This document shows, piece by piece, positions 1 through 8,536 of a stretch of 64,000 nt of DNA. A model generated the notes under the pieces. It did no database searches and had not been told where the DNA came from. It saw only the letters and a program-made list of their open reading frames with translations. The translations under genes were made by a program, and so were the position numbers. The stretch is from Candidatus Babeliales bacterium. GTDB taxonomy: Bacteria; Babelota; Babeliae; Babelales; JABCYS01. The DNA lies in assembly GCA_016929235.1 (NCBI GenBank), contig JAFGJD010000004.1, positions 171,164 to 235,163 of the forward strand, in the 5' to 3' direction. Each line of letters begins with the position of its first letter. The first letter of the stretch is position 1.

Positions 1-1613
1 CAATAGGTGATGCATATGATGCAACAACACAGTCGGGTGCTTTCTCATCGCATGCATTGTTTGATTCTCAGGGGAGAATCAAGGGATGGACGCCATGGGA
101 GAGGATTACAGGTACTGATGAAAAAATATTCGGTATCGAATCTGTTAACGGTGTGGGAACGTACTGGATGCTAACGGGAACAAATTCTGAACTTGTGTAT
201 ACCGCAAGTGTTACCCAGTGGAGCGGTAACGATAGCGATGGCCTTCTTGGAGGTACAGCAAGTGATGCAACTGTTGGGCTTTCTCAACAACTTGGAATTG
301 AGTGCCCTGTGGCAACTGGTGGAATTCATAATGTATTTGATTTTGCGCGAACAACATCTGGATTTGGTGATCTTGTTGGAACACCAAATAATCAACTTTC
401 TATGATTGCGGTTGTTGGTTTCGATAAAGTTGTGCTTGCGGAAACAGGTCGTAATTCAGCGGCGAATGTTTTTAGGGCAAATACTGGTGATTTTTATACC
501 GCTAAGCAATCGTTTACTGATGGCACATTGACAGGATTTGTTGTCGATGATGATACACATATGCTCTCTATTTCAGGCGGAATTTTAGATTCTATTGGTC
601 CACTTACATCGGCAGAAGTATCACGCACGCCATTGAGCGGCATAACCAGTAGTGGCTATTTGTTTGTTGGTGGTGCTGGTGGCGTTGCTGTGTTATCAAA
701 GGCGGATAATAGCGGTTGGGATACCTCTGCGGCTGGCGGTGGTTTACATGCGCGGTTCTCGGGTCTTACTTCTGGCATGTCATTTAAGCAACTCGGTTCA
801 TATTCCTTTGTGCAAAAATTAATCAGTGATGGGACTTACTTGTATGTGCTTATGCACAACAAGTTAGATCGCATCACACTGTCAACAATTGCATCTGGAT
901 CTCCAACGATTGTGACACTAGCTGATGCATCGGGAATCCATAATCCTGACTATGTTGTGTTTACTGACTTTGGTGTCTCAAATAAATTGGGTTTGTTGGC
1001 AACAAGTGTTGGATTATTCAGGGTGGGAAATGGGCTTGATATAACGGATTCAAGTGTTGCTGATTCTGATGATCTTAATTGGACGCGTGTGAATATTCCA
1101 GAAGGTCTTGGTGCGGTAAGTCGTTTACTGTTTTTTTCTCCGTCGGGGCATGAAACAGGGTTTGCACTTGGTGGCATGGTCTATGTGCTGAGTGGTTTTG
1201 TGGGTTATGATCAGGCGCGAATTAATAGATTCTCTGTAGCTGATATTAGTAGTTCTTCGATCAGTGATACAACTGTACAGCCACTACCAGATCGCTTCTT
1301 TACGGGTGTCGATTCTTTCTTGATTGAAATGGGAACGTACCGTAATTTCATTGCAACTGATGGTATCAATACATTTAATTCTCGTTCCAAATCCTACGAG
1401 AATCCTGACTCATTCTTATATTCATATTTTAATCTTAGAAGTGGCTCGAATTATCTGACCTCACTACCTTTGTTCGTGGTTCAAAATAACGCGGGAAATG
1501 CAATCGCCTCTTTTCCGAACACTAATGTGACAACCATTCGTCCTTTAGTGCTGAACTCAGCCGCAGGTGGATGGTTATTAAGTGGAAGTTTTGGGTGTAT
1601 GACCAATGAATAG
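1..1613 (+). CDS. C-terminal part of a large secreted/surface protein (5' end outside window); function unknown
   Basis: The frame is open from nt 3 with no stop upstream of the listed TTG at 57, so the gene probably begins left of the window. Composition is Gly/Ser/Thr-rich and beta-strand-like. The TAG stop (1611-1613) overlaps the ATG of the next gene (ATGAATAG). Confidence 0.6.
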   Translation, partial: IGDAYDATTQSGAFSSHALFDSQGRIKGWTPWERITGTDEKIFGIESVNGVGTYWMLTGTNSELVYTASVTQWSGNDSDGLLGGTASDATVGLSQQLGIECPVATGGIHNVFDFARTTSGFGDLVGTPNNQLSMIAVVGFDKVVLAETGRNSAANVFRANTGDFYTAKQSFTDGTLTGFVVDDDTHMLSISGGILDSIGPLTSAEVSRTPLSGITSSGYLFVGGAGGVAVLSKADNSGWDTSAAGGGLHARFSGLTSGMSFKQLGSYSFVQKLISDGTYLYVLMHNKLDRITLSTIASGSPTIVTLADASGIHNPDYVVFTDFGVSNKLGLLATSVGLFRVGNGLDITDSSVADSDDLNWTRVNIPEGLGAVSRLLFFSPSGHETGFALGGMVYVLSGFVGYDQARINRFSVADISSSSISDTTVQPLPDRFFTGVDSFLIEMGTYRNFIATDGINTFNSRSKSYENPDSFLYSYFNLRSGSNYLTSLPLFVVQNNAGNAIASFPNTNVTTIRPLVLNSAAGGWLLSGSFGCMTNE

Positions 1614-2913
1614 ACAATATGTTGCGAAGAGTACGAGTTTTGTTACAGCAGCGATTTTTTTACTTAGTTGTATGACAAGTACAGTATCTGCATTTTTCCC
1701 GATTAATATTTTTCAACCCTATGATCAGAATACATATCGGCAGTATCGTTGGAAAGATCTTAAATTTGCTACGGGCTTAACAGGAGAGTTTGGATATCAT
1801 ACGGTGGGCCGAAGTGAGGTAACAACATCTGACGATCGTACAAAATCCAGTTCTGAAACAGATGTTTTGCAGATTTGGGAATGCGAACAAAATGCGTTAG
1901 CTATGTTGAAAGGGTTGCCGTCATCGACAAATCTAGGGAGCTTTGCACAGCTTGCCAACATTGATGATGACGATGGAGTGCGGGGGCATATTGTCCTTAC
2001 CGGTGATCTGTCTATGCAGGCAAACGTTCCGTTTCATTTTCGTTGGTATCTGCCGCATGGATTTATTTTTGGAGCTTATCTTCCTGTGTTATCCATGAAG
2101 CTTGATGATATTTCTATTATTGATCGTACACAATCGATTACTGCGGAAGACCTGTTGGTTAAAAGTGTGCTTACCAATAACATTGTAGCTAATGTTCGTG
2201 CACTAACTGGAATCAAGTTGTGCGGGTGGGAGCAAGTTGGTATAGGTGATCTATCCTTTATGATGGATTGGCAGCGTAACTATCCACAAGCAAAAGAATT
2301 ACTCAAAAATGTTCGGCCTCGTTTACGAGTTGGACTTACATTGCCGACAGGAAAGAAAACTGATGAAGATGAACTTCTTTCAGTACCATTCGGGAATGAT
2401 GGCTCGTTTGGCGTTGTCTTTGGGGGGGGGCTCGATCTGACCCTTGGGTATAAACTCAAAGTTGGTGCTGATGCAGAGTTTCTCAACTTATTTAACAATA
2501 TGCGCGAGCGGCGAATTAAGACATATAACACACAAACTGAACACCTATTCCCAGTCAAGGTCGGTGTATTAAAGGATTATGGTTTTACTGAACGCTTCAA
2601 TCTCTATCTTGAATTTTTTGAAGTCGTTAAAGGGCTCACGCTCAGAGGGACTTACCAATACTATCAGCACCACGAGGATGAATTGAAGGTAATTGGCAAT
2701 CAGTATTCTAGTATTATTGCGAATACGTCACAGCGGTTTGAAGAGTGGACAATGCACAATGTCATTCTTAATCTGAATTACGACTTTCGCCACATTGTTT
2801 CAGATGACTCATGGTTTAAGCCGTACATTGCATTCTTTTATAAAAAAGGAACCAATGGCAAAAATTGTGTTCTTACCGATACTTTTGGATTTACGTTTAG
2901 CCTGAGTTTTTAG
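1606..2913 (+). CDS. predicted outer-membrane beta-barrel protein
   Basis: Has a signal peptide (..LLSCMTSTVSA/FF) and an alternating amphipathic strand pattern. The C-terminus ..GFTFSLSF ends in Phe, as in BAM-dependent barrels. Its N-terminal mature motif FFxIxxQ(P)Y is shared with the OMP at 40552-42108. Contains a G9 tract at 2422-2430. Confidence 0.6.
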   Translation: MNRQYVAKSTSFVTAAIFLLSCMTSTVSAFFPINIFQPYDQNTYRQYRWKDLKFATGLTGEFGYHTVGRSEVTTSDDRTKSSSETDVLQIWECEQNALAMLKGLPSSTNLGSFAQLANIDDDDGVRGHIVLTGDLSMQANVPFHFRWYLPHGFIFGAYLPVLSMKLDDISIIDRTQSITAEDLLVKSVLTNNIVANVRALTGIKLCGWEQVGIGDLSFMMDWQRNYPQAKELLKNVRPRLRVGLTLPTGKKTDEDELLSVPFGNDGSFGVVFGGGLDLTLGYKLKVGADAEFLNLFNNMRERRIKTYNTQTEHLFPVKVGVLKDYGFTERFNLYLEFFEVVKGLTLRGTYQYYQHHEDELKVIGNQYSSIIANTSQRFEEWTMHNVILNLNYDFRHIVSDDSWFKPYIAFFYKKGTNGKNCVLTDTFGFTFSLSF

Positions 2914-3866
2914 GTTGGGACCACGTCTGTAATCATGCCAGATTCAAATGCTTGTTTCTTTGCAAGACCCTCATACAGTGTGCGCTGCAGTGCTTGAGCC
3001 TTTGTTTCTAAGAGCTCTTCTTGCTCTTCGATGCTTGTTAAAGCTGAGTTGGTTTGTGTGGCGTAGAGAGCTTCTTCAAAGAAATCAAGATCAAGCATAC
3101 TTGCTGTTGTATCTACAAAGTATCTAATGCGATGTGTTAGTGACCATGCAAGCTCATTAAGATCATCGTAATCACCCACAATATGTGCATCTGCAAGTCG
3201 TGCGACATGCTCTGCAATGGAGTTCATGTTAGACCAGAGTTCGCGATCTTTTGGATCCCATACTAACTTGCTGAGCCCAATTTCTATGAAGCGGATTATG
3301 GATTGGCGGAGATACTCAAGAGGAATCTCTTGGTAGGCATCAGGATCTATAGTGACAAGCAATTTTTCTGATAACGTATCGATATGAGTGCGCGGATTGT
3401 CTTTAAATCCGCGCCACTGATTAATAAGGCCGTCAACCAAAATTTTGCGAATTTCTTCTTTACGTTCTTCAGGATCGCGGGGGCTTGCTTTAAACCAGTA
3501 CCCAACCCTGTCGGGAAGAAGTTCCAAAAATCCTGCGAAAGTATAAGCGTTTACGTGGGAACATCCCTTTAATTTTTGTCCGAATAAGGAGAAAGCTGCT
3601 TTCACGTATTCACGATCTTCACCGGACTCTTTTGCATGAATAAGGAACTGGTCAAGGTGACTCATGTTGTGTGGAAGAAAGTCTTCTGCATAATGCCTTG
3701 AGTTGTAAACTGATTCGAAAAAGAGTTCTAATCCTGAAGGAATTTTGAGAGGCAAAAGGAATAAGTCGAGATTGGGGTTATTCTCAAGTGTGTCATATGC
3801 TTGCAAACCTGATAGTATTACAGTAAAGATCAATAGTAAGACGCATTTTTTGATATTCATACCCAA
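2910..3866 (-). CDS. hypothetical secreted protein (helical)
   Basis: 318-aa ORF with an N-terminal signal-like segment (MNIKKCVLLLIFTVILSGLQA). Convergent with, and overlapping by 4 nt, the OMP gene. I recognise no motif. Confidence 0.55.
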   Translation of the reverse strand: MGMNIKKCVLLLIFTVILSGLQAYDTLENNPNLDLFLLPLKIPSGLELFFESVYNSRHYAEDFLPHNMSHLDQFLIHAKESGEDREYVKAAFSLFGQKLKGCSHVNAYTFAGFLELLPDRVGYWFKASPRDPEERKEEIRKILVDGLINQWRGFKDNPRTHIDTLSEKLLVTIDPDAYQEIPLEYLRQSIIRFIEIGLSKLVWDPKDRELWSNMNSIAEHVARLADAHIVGDYDDLNELAWSLTHRIRYFVDTTASMLDLDFFEEALYATQTNSALTSIEEQEELLETKAQALQRTLYEGLAKKQAFESGMITDVVPT

Positions 3867-3975
3867 CCCTTTTAGATGAATAGCGCTTGTACTGCTTTTT
3901 CATCTTCGATTGTAGCATGGCGTAAGGGCCAAGCGCAATGAGCATGACCGGTAGACGGGTAAAGTTGAGGTTTGT

Positions 3976-5196
3976 ATGGCATTATATTTGTATCAAGCGT
4001 TTAATAAGGCTGGTAAGAAAATTACCGGAACCTTAGATGCCTCTTCAGGAACTGCTGTACGCGATCAACTAGGTAAAAGGGGGCTGTATCCAATTTCTGT
4101 TATTCCTTCTTCACCTGAAAAAGAGCGTGGATTTCGGCTTGCAAGTCTCTTTGAGCGATCTGTGTCAATTAAAGACAAGATTATGTTTACTAAACAGTTT
4201 GCTGTCCTTCTCAAATCAGGAGTTGCTCTTGTAGATGCCCTTGAATTGCTTGTCGATCAATTTGAGGGACGGTTTAGATCAATATTGATTACCATCAAAG
4301 ATAATGTGCGTGAAGGTAAGTCATTAGCAGAGTCGCTTGGTGCGTATCCAAAGGTATTTGATACTACCTATGTCCAATTGGTTCGTGCGGGTGAGGCAAC
4401 GGGTAGACTTGAAATAATTCTAGAACGTTTAACAAGTTATTTAGAAAAGACTGATGACCTTAATAAGCGTGTTAAATCTGCCATGACCTATCCACTGATT
4501 CAGATTGGTATTATTGGTGTGATTATGATTTTTCTCATGACGTTCGTGGTCCCCAAATTGGCGGAAACATTTCAACGCCAAGGACAAGAACTTCCTGGCA
4601 TGACAAAAGCGCTTATGTCTATTTCTTATTTTCTTTCTCATTATTACCTTGTGCTCTTATTATTGCTGGTGGGTGTAGTTGCTTTGTTTGAGTACTGGCG
4701 TAGTACCGAGGCCGGAGGACGGTTGTTAGATCGCATTAAGTTGAAGCTTCCCATTGTGAAATATTTTACACGTATGAGTGCTGTAGTTCAGTTCAGCAGG
4801 ACCTTAGGTATGCTTGTTGAGGGTGGTGTGAATCTTGCAGAGTCTCTTGATATAGTTGTGAAGATTATTGATAACAAAATTTTAGCTCAAGAGCTTCGTG
4901 AGGCCCGTGACAAAATTATAAAACAGGGTAAGATTGCCCAGTTTCTCAAGCAGACGGATATTTTCCCACCAATAGCCGTCCATCTTATCAAAACAGGAGA
5001 GGAGAGTGGGAGTTTAGATACCATGTTGATGACCGTTGCAGAGAACTATGAGGTAGAGCTCAATGAGCTGGCTGATGGCTTATCGACAGCTCTGCAGCCG
5101 CTCATGCTTCTAATCATGGCAGTTGTCGTAGGATTTATTGTGTATTCAATTGCGCGGCCGCTTATGAGCCAAAGTGCTCTTGCGGGTATTATGTAG
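3976..5196 (+). CDS. gspF: type II secretion / type IV pilus platform protein (GspF/PilC family)
   Basis: 406 aa with two repeated T2SS-F-like halves (..FTKQFAVLLKSGVALVDALELL.. and ..FSRTLGMLVEGGVNLAESLDIV..) and three TM segments. First gene of the pseudopilin operon. Confidence 0.9.
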   Translation: MALYLYQAFNKAGKKITGTLDASSGTAVRDQLGKRGLYPISVIPSSPEKERGFRLASLFERSVSIKDKIMFTKQFAVLLKSGVALVDALELLVDQFEGRFRSILITIKDNVREGKSLAESLGAYPKVFDTTYVQLVRAGEATGRLEIILERLTSYLEKTDDLNKRVKSAMTYPLIQIGIIGVIMIFLMTFVVPKLAETFQRQGQELPGMTKALMSISYFLSHYYLVLLLLLVGVVALFEYWRSTEAGGRLLDRIKLKLPIVKYFTRMSAVVQFSRTLGMLVEGGVNLAESLDIVVKIIDNKILAQELREARDKIIKQGKIAQFLKQTDIFPPIAVHLIKTGEESGSLDTMLMTVAENYEVELNELADGLSTALQPLMLLIMAVVVGFIVYSIARPLMSQSALAGIM

Positions 5197-5206
5197 GAGG
5201 AATTGT

Positions 5207-5638
5207 ATGCAGATTCACAGTCGTCCCAAACATGTTAAGTCAGGATTTACGTTAATCGAAATTATTATTGCAATCGCAATAATGAGTTTCATGATGGCTG
5301 TTGTTGCACCAGGGGTGTATAAATGGCTTGGATTTGGAAAGGTTCGTCAAACAGAAGCAAATGTTAAGGTGCTTCAAACATCAATCTTGCATTTCAACTT
5401 GGATACTAATGGTTATCCACAGCGGTTGGAAGATCTTGTTCGTCGTCCCTCAGATGAGCGACTTTCTGCAAAATGGCGAGGTCCATATGTTGAAGGATCA
5501 AATATACCTGACGATGGTTGGGGTGAGCCATTTGTATATCGCGTAAAACCGGGGGCACAGCCGCCATATGAACTGTATTCATACGGTGAAAACGGTCCTG
5601 ACGCTCCTCGGGAGGAGTGGATAGGTGTCAAACACTAA
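5207..5638 (+). CDS. gspG: major pseudopilin (GspG family)
   Basis: ATG 5207 is preceded by AGGAGG (5195-5200). Prepilin leader and cleavage motif KSG/FTLIEIIIAIAI. C-terminal GspG-like ..WRGPYVEG..DGWGEPFVYR...YELYSYGENG. Confidence 0.9.
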   Translation: MQIHSRPKHVKSGFTLIEIIIAIAIMSFMMAVVAPGVYKWLGFGKVRQTEANVKVLQTSILHFNLDTNGYPQRLEDLVRRPSDERLSAKWRGPYVEGSNIPDDGWGEPFVYRVKPGAQPPYELYSYGENGPDAPREEWIGVKH

Positions 5639-6176
5639 GGGGTTTTCCCTCCTCGAGATTATCGTTGCCATAGCATTGCTTGCATTTGCAACGTCAATTG
5701 TTGTTCCTGCATTGCGCCAGCGACGTGTAACCTATCAACGTGATGATTTGGTGATTAATTTGAATGCACTTATGAAGCTTGGTTGGGAGCAAGCAATCAT
5801 TACAGGTAAGGTGCATCGTGTTTGGTTTAATTTGGGTAAGAATCTTATCGAAATCCAAGTTCAGCAAGATAAGAATTCTGGTCAGGATAAATCCTTTATC
5901 CGGATAGACTCGGAGTATTTGCGGCCTTCATATGAATGGGCACAATCGCTTCAGCTTAAAGACTTTTTCATCGAGGGCGAGGATGAGCTACATAAGCATC
6001 ACCAAACAGATGAAGTGTGGTTTTTTATCACTCCCGACGGGCTGACACAGAATGTATCGTTGAATATATTTGATACACAAGATACGCAACAGTCTGATGC
6101 AGGTGCTGGATTTAGTTTAATACTAAATCCGTTTACTGCGCAGTTTTCCGTACAATCATCGTTTTACTATCCATAA
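5625..6176 (+). CDS. minor pseudopilin (GspH-like)
   Basis: GTG start overlaps the gspG 3' end. N-terminus MSNTKG/FSLLEIIVAIALLAF is a prepilin-type cleavage/methylation motif. Size and operon position fit GspH. Confidence 0.7.
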   Translation: MSNTKGFSLLEIIVAIALLAFATSIVVPALRQRRVTYQRDDLVINLNALMKLGWEQAIITGKVHRVWFNLGKNLIEIQVQQDKNSGQDKSFIRIDSEYLRPSYEWAQSLQLKDFFIEGEDELHKHHQTDEVWFFITPDGLTQNVSLNIFDTQDTQQSDAGAGFSLILNPFTAQFSVQSSFYYP

Positions 6177-6189
6177 GGAAGGTACGGGT

Positions 6190-6600
6190 ATGCATTATCG
6201 TGGGTTCACGTTTGTTGAGGTTGTTCTGACTATTGCCTTAATTGGCTTTATTCTGACGCCATTGCTTGTAGTTCAGAATAACGTTCTACGTTTGGTGATG
6301 AAATCCAGTGATCGCGCACGACGTATCTTCATCCTTAAGAACGCGTTTTCTGAAGCAGCCATCAATGTAGATAATGAAGAAGATGTCACGAATCGTTCTT
6401 TTGAAAAACAGTATGAAGTTCCCCATATGTCATTAAAGTATACTGTTATGCCGATTGTGAAAGAGTCATCACTGAAAGGGTTTTCAGAAGTGTATCTTTT
6501 GAAAGCTTATGGTTCCTGGCAGCGCATGTATCAGGAACACTCTGAAACCATGATCAGTTTCTTATTTGTGCCTCCTAACGAGAAAAAGGAATCGTCATGA
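6190..6600 (+). CDS. minor pseudopilin (GspI-like)
   Basis: N-terminus MHYRG/FTFVEVVLTIALIGF is a prepilin motif. 136 aa, third pseudopilin in the operon. Confidence 0.65.
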   Translation: MHYRGFTFVEVVLTIALIGFILTPLLVVQNNVLRLVMKSSDRARRIFILKNAFSEAAINVDNEEDVTNRSFEKQYEVPHMSLKYTVMPIVKESSLKGFSEVYLLKAYGSWQRMYQEHSETMISFLFVPPNEKKESS

Positions 6601-7481
6601 GGCGCGGGTTCACTTTGATTGAAATTGTCATAGGACTGGCGCTATCCTCATTACTGGCAGCTGCGTTATATAGTTCATTATTTCAAACACAACGAACACA
6701 ATCATTAGTAGATTCATTTTCTGAATTGGATTCTTCATTGCTTTTGATAATGCATCAATTGGAACATGATTTTGCAGGAGCCGTAGTTTTTTGCGAGCCA
6801 AAGAAACAAACAAAGAAAGAAGCAGATAAAACAAAAACTCTCAAGCAACAGTTTTTTGGAGCTTGTCACGATGATACTTTTAGCATTGTGACGTTTCTTT
6901 CTACCAATCCATTGAGTCGTTATGCTGTGACAACACCGCGCCTTGTTCGTATTGCCTATCGTTTGAAAAAAAATCAAGGGAACGGCCTCTATTCGTTGAT
7001 GCGGCAAGAGTCAGACAATCTACATTGGTTTTCGCAGCGTGAAGAAGAACAACCAAAACCGATACTTTTATCCGGTGCTATTGAAGTATTGTCATTAGAC
7101 TATATCGTAACTGACACGAGTGGAGAAAAGTCGGAGGTCAAAACATATAGAGAATGGAATAGTGATGCAGAAAAGAAGGATAAGAAGCAGCCAGATGTCG
7201 CGACTCCATCGTATATAGGCATAACGTTGACCATGCGTGATAGTGTAACAAGCCGCTCAGAGACTGTTTCATGTAAATTTCCAATCTATTCAACAAAGCA
7301 GTGGTGTTATGAGTTGAAACCACAAGAGAAGCAAGTTGATCAGTCCAAGCAACAGGTTGAGCGACCGAAGAAAAATGCTTCGGTTCTTCCACAGGGACTT
7401 TCTTTTAAAAAACAAAGTGTACGTCCCAAAAAACGAACCATCACATTAGCGCGTCCTGCACGAGGAAAAAGGAAATCATGA
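6597..7481 (+). CDS. minor pseudopilin (GspJ-like) with Lys-rich C-terminal tail
   Basis: ATGA overlap with the upstream gene. N-terminus MRRG/FTLIEIVIGLALSSLL. Size and position fit GspJ. The basic tail (..KKRTITLARPARGKRKS) is unusual. Confidence 0.65.
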   Translation: MRRGFTLIEIVIGLALSSLLAAALYSSLFQTQRTQSLVDSFSELDSSLLLIMHQLEHDFAGAVVFCEPKKQTKKEADKTKTLKQQFFGACHDDTFSIVTFLSTNPLSRYAVTTPRLVRIAYRLKKNQGNGLYSLMRQESDNLHWFSQREEEQPKPILLSGAIEVLSLDYIVTDTSGEKSEVKTYREWNSDAEKKDKKQPDVATPSYIGITLTMRDSVTSRSETVSCKFPIYSTKQWCYELKPQEKQVDQSKQQVERPKKNASVLPQGLSFKKQSVRPKKRTITLARPARGKRKS

Positions 7482-8521
7482 AGACGCAGAGATCGGGTTA
7501 TATTCTCGTTTTGGCCCTTTTGTTGTTGACGTTAGGCATCGTGATCACAACAAATATTTTTAATACCGGATCAGTGTATAGTATGCAGACGCGAACACTT
7601 GTTGATCGTGAAAAGGCTCGTCAAGTGGCTGTAGGTGGCCTGGAGCTTGCTAAGCGTGAATTAACAATTACGCTCACTGATGAACAAAAAGAAAAGCAAA
7701 AAAATGATTCTGCGTTAGAGACTAAACTTCTTCTTGCACACCTGTTGCCTGTATTAAATCGTATGCAGCGTTTCGTGCTCAAAGAAGCGGTTGATGGACT
7801 TGATGGAGAAGTTGGGATTTGTATTAGTTCTGAGTTCGGGAAAATTAATCTAAATGTCTTGTATGATTTCAAAAATAAGAAATTTATTGGAGAAGGTAAT
7901 CCCCAGGGCGATATGAGAAAGGTTGCACAAGCGGTATTCAATAAACTTCCCAGGGCGGAACAGGATGGAATGTTTGCTGCATTTGAGCGCTTTTTAAAAA
8001 AACAGGAACAACCACTTAGTGACACGACCGAGCTGTTAAGTATTAAGGAATTTCAGCAATTTGGTAATGACCTTTTCTATCAACCGCCACTTTCTAAAGA
8101 GAGCAGGACCGTTGCATTGACTGATATATTTACCGTTGAAAGAACTACAGCAGAATTAAATCCATGGCTCTTGTCTAATTCATTGTGTATACTACTCGGA
8201 TTGCAAGCGGCAGAGGTAAATGATATTTCCAATAGGAAGTCTGAGGGTAAAAAATGGGCACAGAATTTTGTGAACAAATGGACCCTAGAAAATGATTGGA
8301 ATACTAGATTGCAACCGATTTATAAGAAAGATTTCGCAAGTCTTCCGAAGGAATTTGTTTCTCTTTTGAACACACAATTTGAATCCGGTACATTTTCTGT
8401 GCTAAGTTATGGGAAAGTTGGTAACATTACGCAACGAGTTTATGCCATTCTAGAGAAACAAACGGCGGTGCAAAAAGGGAGAGATCTCCCGTTTGTTGTA
8501 AAAAAAATGTATTGGTTTTGA
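7478..8521 (+). CDS. GspK-like minor pseudopilin
   Basis: ATGA overlap with the upstream gene. Hydrophobic N-terminus without the Glu5-type motif (MKTQRSGYILVLALLLLTLGIVI), as in GspK. 347 aa, last pseudopilin position. Confidence 0.6.
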   Translation: MKTQRSGYILVLALLLLTLGIVITTNIFNTGSVYSMQTRTLVDREKARQVAVGGLELAKRELTITLTDEQKEKQKNDSALETKLLLAHLLPVLNRMQRFVLKEAVDGLDGEVGICISSEFGKINLNVLYDFKNKKFIGEGNPQGDMRKVAQAVFNKLPRAEQDGMFAAFERFLKKQEQPLSDTTELLSIKEFQQFGNDLFYQPPLSKESRTVALTDIFTVERTTAELNPWLLSNSLCILLGLQAAEVNDISNRKSEGKKWAQNFVNKWTLENDWNTRLQPIYKKDFASLPKEFVSLLNTQFESGTFSVLSYGKVGNITQRVYAILEKQTAVQKGRDLPFVVKKMYWF

Positions 8522-8536
8522 TAAAGGGGATGAACG

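Noticed and set aside
1-1613. Idea that the truncated large protein is a PilY1-like pilus tip adhesin (beta-propeller) because it lies 2.4 kb from the pseudopilin operon
   Set aside because: I recognise no specific PilY1/PilC motif or Ca-binding loop. It is separated from the gsp genes by an OMP gene and an opposite-strand gene. The support is too weak.
6966-6973. A8/T8 homopolymers in coding regions (for example 6966-6973, 8500-8507, around 19610, around 30283, around 48650)
   Set aside because: A/T runs of this length are expected in an AT-rich genome. Unlike the two G9 tracts, they are not statistically remarkable.
7621-8025. Long antisense ORFs inside well-supported genes: this one in gspK-like, plus 33758-34165 in secA, 45933-46331 in gspE, 49215-49754 in tamB-like and 15317-15619 in valS
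   Set aside because: Each lies opposite a gene with strong family motifs. They have no SD or motif support and are typical shadow frames.
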